Below, in pieces: positions 17,585 to 27,836 of a stretch of 64,000 bases of DNA. Source of the DNA: a phage; the sequence record PZ445487.1; one strand, 5' to 3'. Position 1 is the first letter of the stretch; each line of letters begins with the position of its first letter. The notes under the pieces were generated by a model. It made no database searches and was not told the origin of the DNA. It saw only the letters and a list, made by a program, of their open reading frames with translations. Both the position numbers and the translations under genes were made by a program.

Positions 17585-19084
17585 ATGTCTGAGATCCAAA
17601 TAGTCAAAGTGAACGAAGTTAGAATGCGGATCCTTGCCGAGGATTATATCCGTGAAGAACTCAACGATTACTTCAAATTTGAAGATCCTAATTTCCAACC
17701 GAATCCGTTCAGTAAATGGGACGGCGTAGTGCGGTTGTTCACAAAGAGTTCTGGGCTTATCGACATCGGCCTGTTATTTGAGGTGTTCAAATTCTGTAAG
17801 ATGAACGGTTACACCATCAAATTAGATCCGGCCTTAAAATATATTCAAGATATTCCGGATGAAGAAATTCATGCGTTCATCGATACATTGAATGCGGTGT
17901 ACCGAGACGAAAACAAACAATATCAAAAAGCGATTGTCCGCGATTATCAATTTGATTCCGTTACCACAGCAATACGCCAAAGCAGATGTGTCCTCGAAGC
18001 TGCCACGAGTGCTGGCAAATCCTTTATTTTGTACATCATGGCGCGTTACTACAGGCAACGCAGAGATGCCATCGAAAGTAATCTGAGGACGTTAATCGTT
18101 GTACCATCCATTCATTTGGTGACTCAGTTGTATGACAACTTCGAAGAATATAGCCACGGGACAGAATGGAAACCATTGATGAATGTCCAGACAATATACG
18201 AAGGGGCAACGAAAGAGATTTTCAAACCCATAGTTATTTCAACTTGGCAAGGTATCCAGAACCAACCCAAAGAGTGGTTCCATCAATTTGGAGATATCGT
18301 CGTCGACGAAGTACATACATCAAAATCAGATAAATTGTCTTACATCTTGAATAACTGTATTAACGCTGATCAACGTTTGGGAGTAACCGGAACCCTGGCG
18401 AATACAAAGGTCGCAGGGTTACAAGTCGTTGCTCACTTTGGCGCATATCATAAAATTATTACAGCGCGCGATTTAATCGATCTAGGATATGCGGCAGACA
18501 TCAATGTTAATATGATTGAAGTCATACATCCTATGGCAGACTGTATTGAAATGCACGGTGCTGAGTATCAAAAGGAAATAGAATTTCTCATTGCTAACGA
18601 ACGCCGCAATGAATTGATAGCCCGAATGGCTCTGTCTTTGAAAGGGAACGTGGCGGTCATGTTCGAACGTATCGATGCACACATGATGTTGGTTTATGAA
18701 ATGCTATCGGCAGTCAAGAAAAACGTATTCGTCATCAACGGGGAAGTCAAGACAGAAGTTCGTAAACAGATTCAGGCTGCTATGGAAGAAGGGGAAGATA
18801 TAACACTGTTGGCATCATATGGTACTATGCAACAGGGCGTATCTATCAAAAAACTCCATCATCTGATATTGGCCCATCCCAGCAAATCTTATATCCGTGT
18901 TATACAGACATTGGGGCGTTTGATGCGTCAGCATTCCTCTAAGGATGTTGCGCGAATCTGGGACCTGGTAGACAACCTGCGCTACAACGGTTCCTACAAC
19001 CATGCTCTCAGGCATTCTCATGAGAGATATAAATTTTATCTTATGGAGCGCCACCCTGTTAAAATGAAAAAAGTGGCGCTCTAA
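17585..19084 (+). CDS. uvsW: UvsW-like SF2 DNA/RNA helicase
   Basis: Walker A ATSAGKS, DEVH box IVVDEVHT, motifs TGTL and QTLGRLMR; about 500 aa, similar in length and motif order to T4 UvsW. Confidence 0.85.
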   Translation: MSEIQIVKVNEVRMRILAEDYIREELNDYFKFEDPNFQPNPFSKWDGVVRLFTKSSGLIDIGLLFEVFKFCKMNGYTIKLDPALKYIQDIPDEEIHAFIDTLNAVYRDENKQYQKAIVRDYQFDSVTTAIRQSRCVLEAATSAGKSFILYIMARYYRQRRDAIESNLRTLIVVPSIHLVTQLYDNFEEYSHGTEWKPLMNVQTIYEGATKEIFKPIVISTWQGIQNQPKEWFHQFGDIVVDEVHTSKSDKLSYILNNCINADQRLGVTGTLANTKVAGLQVVAHFGAYHKIITARDLIDLGYAADINVNMIEVIHPMADCIEMHGAEYQKEIEFLIANERRNELIARMALSLKGNVAVMFERIDAHMMLVYEMLSAVKKNVFVINGEVKTEVRKQIQAAMEEGEDITLLASYGTMQQGVSIKKLHHLILAHPSKSYIRVIQTLGRLMRQHSSKDVARIWDLVDNLRYNGSYNHALRHSHERYKFYLMERHPVKMKKVAL

Positions 19085-19089
19085 CCATT

Positions 19090-19455
19090 TCAAATATCTT
19101 GATTCACATAGGCGGGGGTTGCCTCGCCTTCTTTGTTGGAACCAAATAAACAGTCGATCGTGCCAATACATTGTTGTAGCACTTTCGGCTCAAGAATCTG
19201 AGAAAACAATTCTTCATTGGATGCCAGCAATGGAACAACTTTCACTTCCCGCGCCTGGCCTTGTTGAATAATGCCAACATATAGACCTTTGTTATTTGGG
19301 AGTAATGGTATCACCAACATCGGTGACACAATAAACCCCGATGTACAGAAAAGGCTTTGTAAATAAACGCCTTTAAATGACGGACGTTGTTCTGCTATGG
19401 AAAGAATTACTTCTTGGTCTTCCCCTACTGCGTATAAACCAACAAATTGCTTCAT
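19090..19455 (-). CDS. Hypothetical protein (121 aa), opposite strand
   Basis: Only ORF in an otherwise non-coding 700-bp stretch after uvsW; weak SD (gaga); could be spurious. Confidence 0.3.
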   Translation of the reverse strand: MKQFVGLYAVGEDQEVILSIAEQRPSFKGVYLQSLFCTSGFIVSPMLVIPLLPNNKGLYVGIIQQGQAREVKVVPLLASNEELFSQILEPKVLQQCIGTIDCLFGSNKEGEATPAYVNQDI

Positions 19456-19794
19456 ATATTATTTCTCACGTGTTAGCAAACTTGACTACATAATAATGTC
19501 ATGCTCTGTTTAGACCAAATAAAATATTTTACTTGTTGAATAAAAATCGCTTTCTTGTTGAACAATCCGTGCGTAATATACGAGTTGTGAGCTTTGCGAG
19601 CAACGAGTATTATCACGAGCGAAGCGAGTAGACTGATAAAGAAAGGTTTTATTAAAACAGAATATTATAAATGCCGTCAGGCATTTATTTATCGCGCGTA
19701 GGGCAATTTATCACTTGTTCTATAACTACAAACACGCGATACTAATTTGCGTCAAATATGACTTGAACCCCACTATATTTTGAGGATACAACTA
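19456..19794. other. Long AT-rich non-coding region with short repeats upstream of gene 45
   Basis: About 340 bp without an ORF; direct repeats cttgttgaa (x2) and cgagc(a)acgag / cgagcgaagcgag; hairpin aaatgccgtcaggcattt next to tataaat. Confidence 0.4.
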
Positions 19795-20463
19795 ATGCAA
19801 GAGATCACTCTCTCCGAACGCACTTTACAACTGCTGGCTAACTTTGAAACCATCTGCCCCTCTATCGTTCTGGCACCTGGTAAAAAGTTACGCACTGTTA
19901 ACGATTCCAGTACAGTTATCGCTATTGCCGACATTGACGAAGACTTCCCGTTCGAATTCCCGATTCTGGATCTGACCAAATTGCTGGCAATCCAGCGTCT
20001 GCCGAGTTTTAAAGGCGGTAAAATTGAAATGTCGGAAGACCACATTTTGCTGAAAGGTGAAAACTCCCAACTGCAATTCTGGCGTTCCGCTAAAGAACTG
20101 ACTGTCGTTCCGGCAGACAGCATCGATCTCCCGTCTGTAGAATTTGAAGCAACAGTCACTCCTGAAAAAATGAAAGAGCTGACTCGCGCCTGTTCTACTC
20201 TGGGCCACAAAACTGTACGCCTGGTGGCCAGCGGCGGTAAAACTCGTCTGGTGGGCACGACCACTACTATCGATAATTCCAACGATTACACTGTTGAGTT
20301 GGGTGAAACAACTCTGGGTGATTTTGCTATGCCTGTTGATGTGGTCAACCTGAAAATGATCGAAGGCAACTACGTGATCCGCGCCTGTGCCGAAATGCAA
20401 CTGGTTAACTTCCAATCCGCAGATGGCACCATCAACTATTACGTCGGCATGCAGCTGGATTAA
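19795..20463 (+). CDS. 45: Sliding clamp (gp45-like)
   Basis: 222 aa; N-terminus LSERTLQLLANFETICPS parallels T4 gp45 LSKDTTALLKNFATINSG; followed by the clamp-loader genes. Confidence 0.85.
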   Translation: MQEITLSERTLQLLANFETICPSIVLAPGKKLRTVNDSSTVIAIADIDEDFPFEFPILDLTKLLAIQRLPSFKGGKIEMSEDHILLKGENSQLQFWRSAKELTVVPADSIDLPSVEFEATVTPEKMKELTRACSTLGHKTVRLVASGGKTRLVGTTTTIDNSNDYTVELGETTLGDFAMPVDVVNLKMIEGNYVIRACAEMQLVNFQSADGTINYYVGMQLD

Positions 20464-20540
20464 TCAATAACGATTCGGCGCTTTATTATCGGTGGCGGGG
20501 TTTCCCCGCCCTTTGAAACGTTTTATCTAAAGAGGCTGCA

Positions 20541-21530
20541 ATGTCTAACATCACTATCGTCACAGATCAATACGCGTGGGAAAACAAATATCGCCCTGAC
20601 AATCTGGATGAGATCGTCCTCCCTTCAGACGTCCGTGCAAAAATCCATGGCTATGTTACATCAGGCAATGGAAACATCCCCTCAATGCTGTTCTATTCCC
20701 CTCAGCCTGGTACGGGCAAGACTACTTCTGCTCTGGCTGTTTGCAACGAAATCGGTTGTATCAAACCGTTGATGATCAATGCGTCACTGGATAACAGCAT
20801 TGATGTCATCCGTGACCGTGTTATTCAATACGCAACTGGCGTCAGTGTTTTCGGTGGCCGTAAAGTCGTTATCCTTGATGAAGTTGAGCGACTTTCTATG
20901 GCGGCACAGGAATCCCTGAAAGGCATCGTAGAGAAAGTCTCCAAAAACTGCTCCTTCATCCTGACGACTAATGCGAAACAGCGCGTTAACGAACCTCTGC
21001 GTTCCCGCTGTCGCGAAATTGATTTTATCTGGTCTGAAAAGGAAGCAGATGAAGTTAAACTTCAATTCATGCGTCGTTGCGCAACTATCCTGACAGAGGA
21101 AGGCATTCCGTATGAAGCTGGTGTAATTGCTTCCATTGTGAAATCATATTTCCCAGATAATCGCAAAATTATGGGAACTCTTCAGGATAATGCCACCACG
21201 TTTGGTAAAATCGATGAACGCGCTCTGGCACAGGTTAAAGCAGGGGAATTCCAAGCGTTGGTGGATTTCCTAAAAACCAATGATTGGGCTGGGATGAAGC
21301 AGTGGGTGACCGACAACCAAAACTACATCACTGAAGATTTTTATTCCCGTTTCTTCCATTTCTGCGTTCCCCAGAACAAGGAAAAGACTCCTTTGATTCA
21401 AAACGAGTCAATCCCTGATCTGGTATGCGTCTGTGGTCAGTCTCAGATTGAACATCGTTCCGTCGGCGACGTCTGGTTACACGGCGTTTACTTCTTGACT
21501 AACGTCATGCTCAACATCAAATGGAAGTAA
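20541..21530 (+). CDS. 44: Clamp loader large subunit (gp44-like AAA+ ATPase)
   Basis: Walker A PQPGTGKTT, Walker B VVILDEVE, SRC motif LRSRCREIDF. Confidence 0.9.
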   Translation: MSNITIVTDQYAWENKYRPDNLDEIVLPSDVRAKIHGYVTSGNGNIPSMLFYSPQPGTGKTTSALAVCNEIGCIKPLMINASLDNSIDVIRDRVIQYATGVSVFGGRKVVILDEVERLSMAAQESLKGIVEKVSKNCSFILTTNAKQRVNEPLRSRCREIDFIWSEKEADEVKLQFMRRCATILTEEGIPYEAGVIASIVKSYFPDNRKIMGTLQDNATTFGKIDERALAQVKAGEFQALVDFLKTNDWAGMKQWVTDNQNYITEDFYSRFFHFCVPQNKEKTPLIQNESIPDLVCVCGQSQIEHRSVGDVWLHGVYFLTNVMLNIKWK

Positions 21531-21534
21531 TATT

Positions 21535-21957
21535 ATGGCCGCTCCGTCACTGTTCGATTACCTCGGTGCGTTGAATAGCACCAAAGAGAATCTGTTGATG
21601 ACCGAAGACCCCGAAATCAGAAAGGCTTTTGATCCTTTCATGACTCGGCGCGGCCTTGCTCAGAGTAAAGACACGCTTGTGGTTGCCGAACAAATGAACC
21701 GCTTCCATGCCATTACTCCTTGGATGCAATGGAACCTGGCGTTTCATAGCATTCCGGCAAAACGTCGCTATGACAAGTGGTCTAAGAAGGGAGCTATGGA
21801 TCCTGATGTGAAATTGATTTCTGAGTATTATTACATCAGTCCTGAAAAGGCTTCAGAATATGTTCGATTCCTGCCGAAAGAAGTCCTGGCTGAAATCAAG
21901 GCGAAGGTCGAACGTTCCAACAGCAACGAAAAAGCCAAACCGCGCAAGGCTAAGTAA
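21535..21957 (+). CDS. 62: Clamp loader small subunit (gp62-like)
   Basis: Sits between 44 and regA; region MNRFHAITPWMQWNLAFHSIPAKRRYDKW resembles the T4 gp62 block AVPRGKRYGKW. Confidence 0.65.
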   Translation: MAAPSLFDYLGALNSTKENLLMTEDPEIRKAFDPFMTRRGLAQSKDTLVVAEQMNRFHAITPWMQWNLAFHSIPAKRRYDKWSKKGAMDPDVKLISEYYYISPEKASEYVRFLPKEVLAEIKAKVERSNSNEKAKPRKAK

Positions 21958-21986
21958 TTCAAATAATTGTTAAAGGGGTATGAGTC

Positions 21987-22451
21987 ATGGCGCGTAATAC
22001 GCTGGACATCTTAAAACTTTCAGCTGTCAACGATGAGGCCAGCATTGTTGACTGTATGGTTGAAGTTCAATTGAACCAAGACAAACCAGGGATTTTCCTG
22101 GGTATCAAGGAAACGCTGAGTCGGATAGGGGTTAACACTCGTCAAGAGCCTAACACCTTGTATCAAACGTGCCATATCCTGCATAAATTTGGCAGATATC
22201 ACATCGTGCATTTCAAGCATTTGTTCATGCTAGATGGGCACTACAACGGCTTTACGCGTGAAGATGTCCTGCGTATGAATCGGATTATACGGCTTCTGGA
22301 GCAATGGAATATGGTTAAGATCTTGCATCCGGAACAAATAACCGAAGTGGCTGACATGTCTCGGATCAAAGTTGTAAAACATGACCAAGTTTCTGAGTGG
22401 AAATTGGTTCCAAAATACACTATTCGCCCAAGTCGGGCAAAAAGCGAATAA
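21987..22451 (+). CDS. regA: Translational repressor RegA
   Basis: KETLSRIGV, LYQTCHILHKFGRYHIVHFKHLFMLDG and EWKLVPKYTI match T4 RegA blocks; has about 23 extra N-terminal residues if the SD-supported ATG at 21987 is used. Confidence 0.8.
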   Translation: MARNTLDILKLSAVNDEASIVDCMVEVQLNQDKPGIFLGIKETLSRIGVNTRQEPNTLYQTCHILHKFGRYHIVHFKHLFMLDGHYNGFTREDVLRMNRIIRLLEQWNMVKILHPEQITEVADMSRIKVVKHDQVSEWKLVPKYTIRPSRAKSE

Positions 22452-22467
22452 CTGGAGTCGCTATATT

Positions 22468-23337
22468 ATGACAACTACATTTAATAAAAACGTGAGATTG
22501 AATTTGGCTTTTGGTAATGCGGCTGGAGATATTACAGCCCCTGACTTCGGTAAAATTCGCAATCAGGCCAAACTGGTTCTGGAAGAGACCCGCGAATTAC
22601 TGGAAGCGGCTTATTTCGACCACGAGGTGAAAATTGAGTTCACTGCATCTCCGCGAGTCCTGAAAGAACCTGCTGTTGTCGACATCAAAGACATTATGCG
22701 CCAGATTCTGGACGCTCAGGGTGATATCACAACAGTCAATGACGGCGTGGCACACATTGCTGGTTTCAACGGCGATGAGTGCTTGCAGCGTGTTTATGCC
22801 TCCAACATGAGCAAATTTATTCGCTCAGAAGATGAAGTCGGTCCGGCACTGGAATATTATTATTCACGCGGTTTCCCAGATGGCCAGTTACGTGTTGAAG
22901 GTGAATTCCCTCAGGCATGCATCAAAGTGAATGAGACTGTGATGTGGAATGGCAAAGAATATCCGAAAGGAAAATTCCTGAAAAACATGGCTGTGTTCAA
23001 AGAGCCTGATTTCTCTGATATGCTGACGAATACCCCTTCCCGTCAGATCAATGACATCGTTGCCAGCATGGCAATTGAAGAAGGTCAGGTATTTGTTGAT
23101 GATTTGAACGGCGTGGCGTTGGTATCTCCAAAAACGTTGGAAATAATTCTTTCTATGGCAGTTGAAAAATCTTCTCGACCCGTAGATGTTAACGGCCAAA
23201 TTGAAAGTTATGTGCCAGCGTATATCATTAACGATACCAATATGCCTAAGCTGTGTGGGGTGTGGGGTGCTAATGTTCGTGTATACGCGTGCGCACCTGT
23301 TCAAAACACTGTGACACACCTCTCTCGCTTCGATTAA
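22468..23337 (+). CDS. Hypothetical protein (290 aa), possible MazG-like NTP pyrophosphatase fold at the N-terminus
   Basis: AKLVLEETRELLEAAY ... DIKDIMRQILDAQGDI loosely fits the all-alpha NTP-PPase EExxE...D pattern; T4 has gene 43 after regA, absent here. Confidence 0.4.
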   Translation: MTTTFNKNVRLNLAFGNAAGDITAPDFGKIRNQAKLVLEETRELLEAAYFDHEVKIEFTASPRVLKEPAVVDIKDIMRQILDAQGDITTVNDGVAHIAGFNGDECLQRVYASNMSKFIRSEDEVGPALEYYYSRGFPDGQLRVEGEFPQACIKVNETVMWNGKEYPKGKFLKNMAVFKEPDFSDMLTNTPSRQINDIVASMAIEEGQVFVDDLNGVALVSPKTLEIILSMAVEKSSRPVDVNGQIESYVPAYIINDTNMPKLCGVWGANVRVYACAPVQNTVTHLSRFD

Positions 23338-23406
23338 TATAATCCGTTATTCACTAAACAACAGAGGCTATAATGGCCTCTGTTTTTGTATTCTAGAGAG
23401 GATACC

Positions 23407-24612
23407 ATGAAAGATAAACCACATGACATCCCATATTGCGGTGTCCGTGAAACCAAAATCAAATCAGCCCATCCTATGTTAAGTTCATTCCACCGCCAGC
23501 TGGCATATGAATGGATGAGGGATCGTTATGCGATACATGTCAAGAAGGACGTGCAATGCCTTCCAGCGCCATGGACGGATAATCCGGTATTACGCCAAGT
23601 CAAGTTTTGTAACGTGCGGAGAGAGCACGATAGGCAGTCTCGAAATTTGATCAATAATATCATCCTCGATCAGGATCTCACGCTATCTGACAAAATGTTC
23701 AACTGTGTATTGTTCCGCATGTACAACATGTGGGAACCTATACAGGCTTTGGGTGGTCCATGGACGATCGAAGAATTCGGAAACATAAATCTTGAATGGT
23801 GTCGAGATGTTCTTCAGGAATTCGAATCTAAAGGTGGCAAAGTTTTCACCAATGCGTTTAATACAGGCGGTCTGAAACAATGCCTGGCTTTCCCTGAACT
23901 AGTTGTCAACCACAAGGAGCAACGCTTTGGCGGCATGAAGGTAAAAGTCCATCGGGTTGGCGGTGTTATAGATGAAATGGATTACAAGGTTGCCAAGAAG
24001 CTGGCCGAAGATAATCCTGGTGAATACAAAATAGAAGGCTGGGAACCATACATGCCGATGCGAGTCATCCGCTCTTTGAAGGCATTCGTCAACAAACACC
24101 CTCATTACTTTGATCGCCTCAGGGAATTTAGCCGTCCCGACTCTGTTTACCAGGCGATGTATGACGACATTGAGGGGCTTGGACCATTCTTGGCATACCA
24201 GATTTGGGTTGATTTTACATACATCGATGAATATCCATTCAGTGAAAACCACTTCACTATCGCTGGTCCAGGTTGCCGTGCTGGTATCGATCTGTTATTT
24301 TTGGACAAGGACGGCATGACGCATGAAGAATGCATATTCTGGGTTCGTGATCATCAAGATCAATTGTTCGCTCAGTACGGGTATAAACGTAATGAATTTT
24401 GGTCGGCAGAAGAACCGGAAGACCGTTGCATGAATGTTATGCAGTTGGAGAACATGTTCTGTGAACTTCAGAAATATACCCGCTGCGTTGAGGCGGTGAT
24501 GCGCGGGGAGAAACCTCGAGGAAAGGTGGGGTATAATGGTGGTGAAGTTAATCAGCCATTACAGAAGACTCCCGTTCGTTCTATTAATCTGTTAGAGAAG
24601 ATGAAAAAATGA
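23407..24612 (+). CDS. Hypothetical protein (401 aa), possible helix-hairpin-helix motif
   Basis: SD agagagga upstream; DIEGLGPFLAYQIWVDF ... AGPGCRAGID is reminiscent of an HhH-GPD element; no P-loop. Confidence 0.45.
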   Translation: MKDKPHDIPYCGVRETKIKSAHPMLSSFHRQLAYEWMRDRYAIHVKKDVQCLPAPWTDNPVLRQVKFCNVRREHDRQSRNLINNIILDQDLTLSDKMFNCVLFRMYNMWEPIQALGGPWTIEEFGNINLEWCRDVLQEFESKGGKVFTNAFNTGGLKQCLAFPELVVNHKEQRFGGMKVKVHRVGGVIDEMDYKVAKKLAEDNPGEYKIEGWEPYMPMRVIRSLKAFVNKHPHYFDRLREFSRPDSVYQAMYDDIEGLGPFLAYQIWVDFTYIDEYPFSENHFTIAGPGCRAGIDLLFLDKDGMTHEECIFWVRDHQDQLFAQYGYKRNEFWSAEEPEDRCMNVMQLENMFCELQKYTRCVEAVMRGEKPRGKVGYNGGEVNQPLQKTPVRSINLLEKMKK

Positions 24613-25016
24613 AACCCGTAAAACATCATCGTTCATGGAAAGTATGCCCAGCGTGTTCAAGTCGGGCGACAAAATTGTTCAACATGAATACTGGGAAATA
24701 TGAATGTCAAGTCTGTCGGCATCATTATGATGATCCAAAATGTCGATCTTTGGTCGACAAAATTTATAAATTTATCATTTTGTTGGGTAATTGCGAGCAA
24801 TATCAATATACCGTGTATGGTGATAGTTTAAGCCAGATCGATAAACATCTTTTGAAATTGATTTCGAAATACGATAAAGAAAGCAAGCGCCCTGTGCGCG
24901 TTGTGAGTACTCCAAAGGGTTATCCAAAGGGAACAAGATCAGTTACGGTTGTTGGTTACACCAGTTATGACGGGAAACGGTTCAGAAGTATTCGAGTAAA
25001 CATGATTCCCGTTTAA
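24609..25016 (+). CDS. Zinc-ribbon protein (135 aa)
   Basis: CPAC...(19)...CQVC motif near the N-terminus; ATGA overlap with the preceding gene. Confidence 0.45.
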   Translation: MKPVKHHRSWKVCPACSSRATKLFNMNTGKYECQVCRHHYDDPKCRSLVDKIYKFIILLGNCEQYQYTVYGDSLSQIDKHLLKLISKYDKESKRPVRVVSTPKGYPKGTRSVTVVGYTSYDGKRFRSIRVNMIPV

Positions 25017-25112
25017 ACTTTTCAATAAATCTTTTCAGCGTATATTGACCTCACTTTAACGACGCGCCCCGATAAGGGCGCTCACTTTGAACTGAAACAG
25101 GAAGACTATACC

Positions 25113-27131
25113 ATGGCAGAATTCAAACCCTTCGCAACGGCAGTTAATAACAACGTGCTGGCGATGTCCGCAACTGGTCTGTTCATGACCAATATCGATA
25201 AAGATGCTCTTTGGGATCTGTATCTGGCATCTTTCCCTGCTGGTACTAACCCGCTGTACCGCGAACGTACTGAACACGATTGCACCTGCTGTAAACAATT
25301 CATCCGTAACATCGGCGGTGTTGTCACCATCGATTCAGAGCTGAACGTAATTTCTATCTGGGACAACATTGATCTGGGCAATGAATATGACGTGGTGGCT
25401 GCGGCTCTTTCCGCGTATGTCAAACAACACGCAATCGTCGATGTTTATTTTAACGATTCTGCTAAAGTCGGCCTGTCTCACAATCACGAATCTGGTGAAG
25501 ATGGCAAAATCCGTACTTACAATCATTTCCATACCCAATTACTTGGTAGCTATGTTCTGCGTCCGGACGCAATCGCTTCGAAAAAAGGTGAAATCCGCCA
25601 GGCTATTGAATTGTTTGAACGCGGTCTGCGTGAAATTACTCTGGAATCAGCTGAAATCGTTCTGGAACTGATTGACCAGAATTCTCTGTATCGCGGCGCA
25701 GAACACAAAGCAGCAGTGAAGGGATTTGTTGAAACCAAAAAGGCATATGAACAAGTCCCCGAATCAGCCCGTTCTCTTTGGGCATGGCATACTGGATACC
25801 GTTCAAACAATCATGTTCCACACGGCATCCGCAACACAGTTATCGGCACTCTGCTGACAGATATCAGTGAAGGCGTGGAACTGGAAAAGGCTGTTAAATC
25901 GTTTGAATCCAAAGTTGCTCCGGCGAACTACAAACGTCCGACAGCGCTGGTTTCAAAATCCATGATCGAAAACGCTCAGAAAGAAGTTATTGCTCTGGGT
26001 TTGGAAGACTCACTGGCGCGTCGTTATGCGGTTTACGATGATCTGACAATCAACAACGTTCTGTTCGCAGATCTGGCTGCTCAGAAAGCGATGGATCCGT
26101 TTGCACAGCTGGCCGCCGAAGTGAAAACTCCGACCAAGTCCCTGGAAAAAGTTGAAGAGATCAGCGTTGATGATTTCCTGAGCAATGTTCTGCCAAAAGC
26201 GCATTCAATGGAAGTGCTTGTAGAGAATTCTCATACTAGCAACCTGATGTCCCTGGTTGCTCCGGCGAACCCAGATGCGCCTAACCTGTTCAAGTGGAAC
26301 AACGGTTTCTCCTGGTCTTACAACGGTGAAGTGACCGATTCCATTAAAGAACGTGTAAAGGCTGCTGGTGGTAAAGTTGACGGGTATCTGCGCGTTTCCT
26401 TGGCGTGGCACAACAACGACGACCTCGATCTGCATATGTTCAACAACATGGAGCACGTTTACTTCCGCGATCGCCGCTCTATGACAGGTGCCCATCTGGA
26501 TATCGATATGAACGGTATGGATGGTATTGATCCAAACCGCGCTCCGGTGGAAAATATCATCTTTACAGATGAAAGCAAGCTGCGCGATGGTGAATACCGT
26601 TTCGAAATCCACAACTACAATCAACGTGAAAAAATCGACGAAGGGTTTGAAGTCGAAGTAGAATACAAAGGCGCAACGCATCGTTTCAGCCATCCTGGCC
26701 TGAAAGATCAGGGACGTATCACCGCAGTCATCTTGACTGTTAAAGACAAACAAGTTGTTGGCATTAAGTCCGAACTGGCTAATGTTGATAAGTCTAAAGA
26801 AGTTTGGGGTATCAAGACTGCGACCTTCCAGAAAGTACAGCTGGTCCTGAACTCACCAAACCATTGGGATGGCGAGCAGACAGGCAACAAGCACGTGTTC
26901 TTCATCCTGGAAGGTTGTGCTAATCCTGAAGGTACTCGTGGTTTCTACAACGAATATCTGAAGCCGGAACTGGATAAACATCGTAAGGTTTTTGAAATGT
27001 TGGGTAGTAAAATGAAAGTCCAGCCGAATGAAAACCAACTGTCTGGTCTGGGATTCTCGACGACGCAACGCAACCACGTGTTCGTCAAAGTGTCCGGCGC
27101 GTTTAACCGTACTGTAAAAGTCATCTTCTAA
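25113..27131 (+). CDS. Large hypothetical protein (672 aa)
   Basis: Long uninterrupted ORF with good RBS context; no canonical motif recognised (no Walker A, no polymerase or ligase motifs). Confidence 0.55.
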   Translation: MAEFKPFATAVNNNVLAMSATGLFMTNIDKDALWDLYLASFPAGTNPLYRERTEHDCTCCKQFIRNIGGVVTIDSELNVISIWDNIDLGNEYDVVAAALSAYVKQHAIVDVYFNDSAKVGLSHNHESGEDGKIRTYNHFHTQLLGSYVLRPDAIASKKGEIRQAIELFERGLREITLESAEIVLELIDQNSLYRGAEHKAAVKGFVETKKAYEQVPESARSLWAWHTGYRSNNHVPHGIRNTVIGTLLTDISEGVELEKAVKSFESKVAPANYKRPTALVSKSMIENAQKEVIALGLEDSLARRYAVYDDLTINNVLFADLAAQKAMDPFAQLAAEVKTPTKSLEKVEEISVDDFLSNVLPKAHSMEVLVENSHTSNLMSLVAPANPDAPNLFKWNNGFSWSYNGEVTDSIKERVKAAGGKVDGYLRVSLAWHNNDDLDLHMFNNMEHVYFRDRRSMTGAHLDIDMNGMDGIDPNRAPVENIIFTDESKLRDGEYRFEIHNYNQREKIDEGFEVEVEYKGATHRFSHPGLKDQGRITAVILTVKDKQVVGIKSELANVDKSKEVWGIKTATFQKVQLVLNSPNHWDGEQTGNKHVFFILEGCANPEGTRGFYNEYLKPELDKHRKVFEMLGSKMKVQPNENQLSGLGFSTTQRNHVFVKVSGAFNRTVKVIF

Positions 27132-27168
27132 TTGATTTGACCACAAATTCGTAATAAGGAACAATGAA

Positions 27169-27540
27169 ATGTTTGATCAAGCAACCCGTTTAAAACTGCG
27201 TTTCAACTCTAACAAAGGTCTGCTGTCTGTTGAGCAGGTTTGGGATCTGAACCTGAATGCCCTAAACGAACTGGCGAAAGACCTCAGCCGTCAGGTGAAG
27301 GAAGCCGCCAGCGATGAAGAAGATTTCATCGGCGTGAAAAGCGCAGTCGACTCTCAGTTACAACTGCGTTTCGATATCGTGAAAGCGATCATCGGTGTTA
27401 AACTGAAAGAACGTGACGAAAGCGCAACCGCCGCCGAACGTAAAGCGAACAACCAGGTTATTCTGGAACTGATCCAGCGTAAGAAACAGCAGGAGCTTGA
27501 AGGTAAATCTCTTGAAGAACTGGAAGCGCTGTTGAAATAA
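27169..27540 (+). CDS. Hypothetical coiled-coil protein (123 aa)
   Basis: Charged helical ORF with SD aaggaa, followed by a terminator hairpin. Confidence 0.45.
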   Translation: MFDQATRLKLRFNSNKGLLSVEQVWDLNLNALNELAKDLSRQVKEAASDEEDFIGVKSAVDSQLQLRFDIVKAIIGVKLKERDESATAAERKANNQVILELIQRKKQQELEGKSLEELEALLK

Positions 27541-27562
27541 TCTGTCGGCTCCGGCCTGAGCA

Positions 27563-27588
27563 ACCCCGCCGTGTGCGGGGTTTCTTTT
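27563..27588 (+). terminator. Rho-independent terminator
   Basis: ccccgc-cgtgt-gcgggg followed by tttcttttgg. Confidence 0.5.
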
Positions 27589-27599
27589 GGAGAAATATT

Positions 27600-27836
27600 A
27601 TGAAACAAATTACTAAGACAGTACAAATCACCCAATATCAAACGGATGACGGCAGAGTGTTCGATACTCTTGGTCAGGCCGAACATTATGAGAAGATGAA
27701 GTCTGGTATTCGCAAGGTATGCCCTTCTTGTGATGGCAAAGGTCGCGACTCTCCGTCGGGCGACGGGCGTGATATGACGACTTGTCATTATTGTGGTGGT
27801 AAAGGCTGGGTAGAAAAGAAAGAGATATGGGGTTAA
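27600..27836 (+). CDS. Small zinc-finger protein with two CxxCxGKG repeats (78 aa)
   Basis: CPSCDGKG and CHYCGGKG resemble DnaJ-type zinc-finger repeats; SD ggag upstream. Confidence 0.5.
   Translation: MKQITKTVQITQYQTDDGRVFDTLGQAEHYEKMKSGIRKVCPSCDGKGRDSPSGDGRDMTTCHYCGGKGWVEKKEIWG

Noticed and set aside
19090-19455. Minus-strand ORF after uvsW as UvsY
   Set aside because: Its sequence does not resemble the charged, helical UvsY I recall; kept only as a low-confidence hypothetical.
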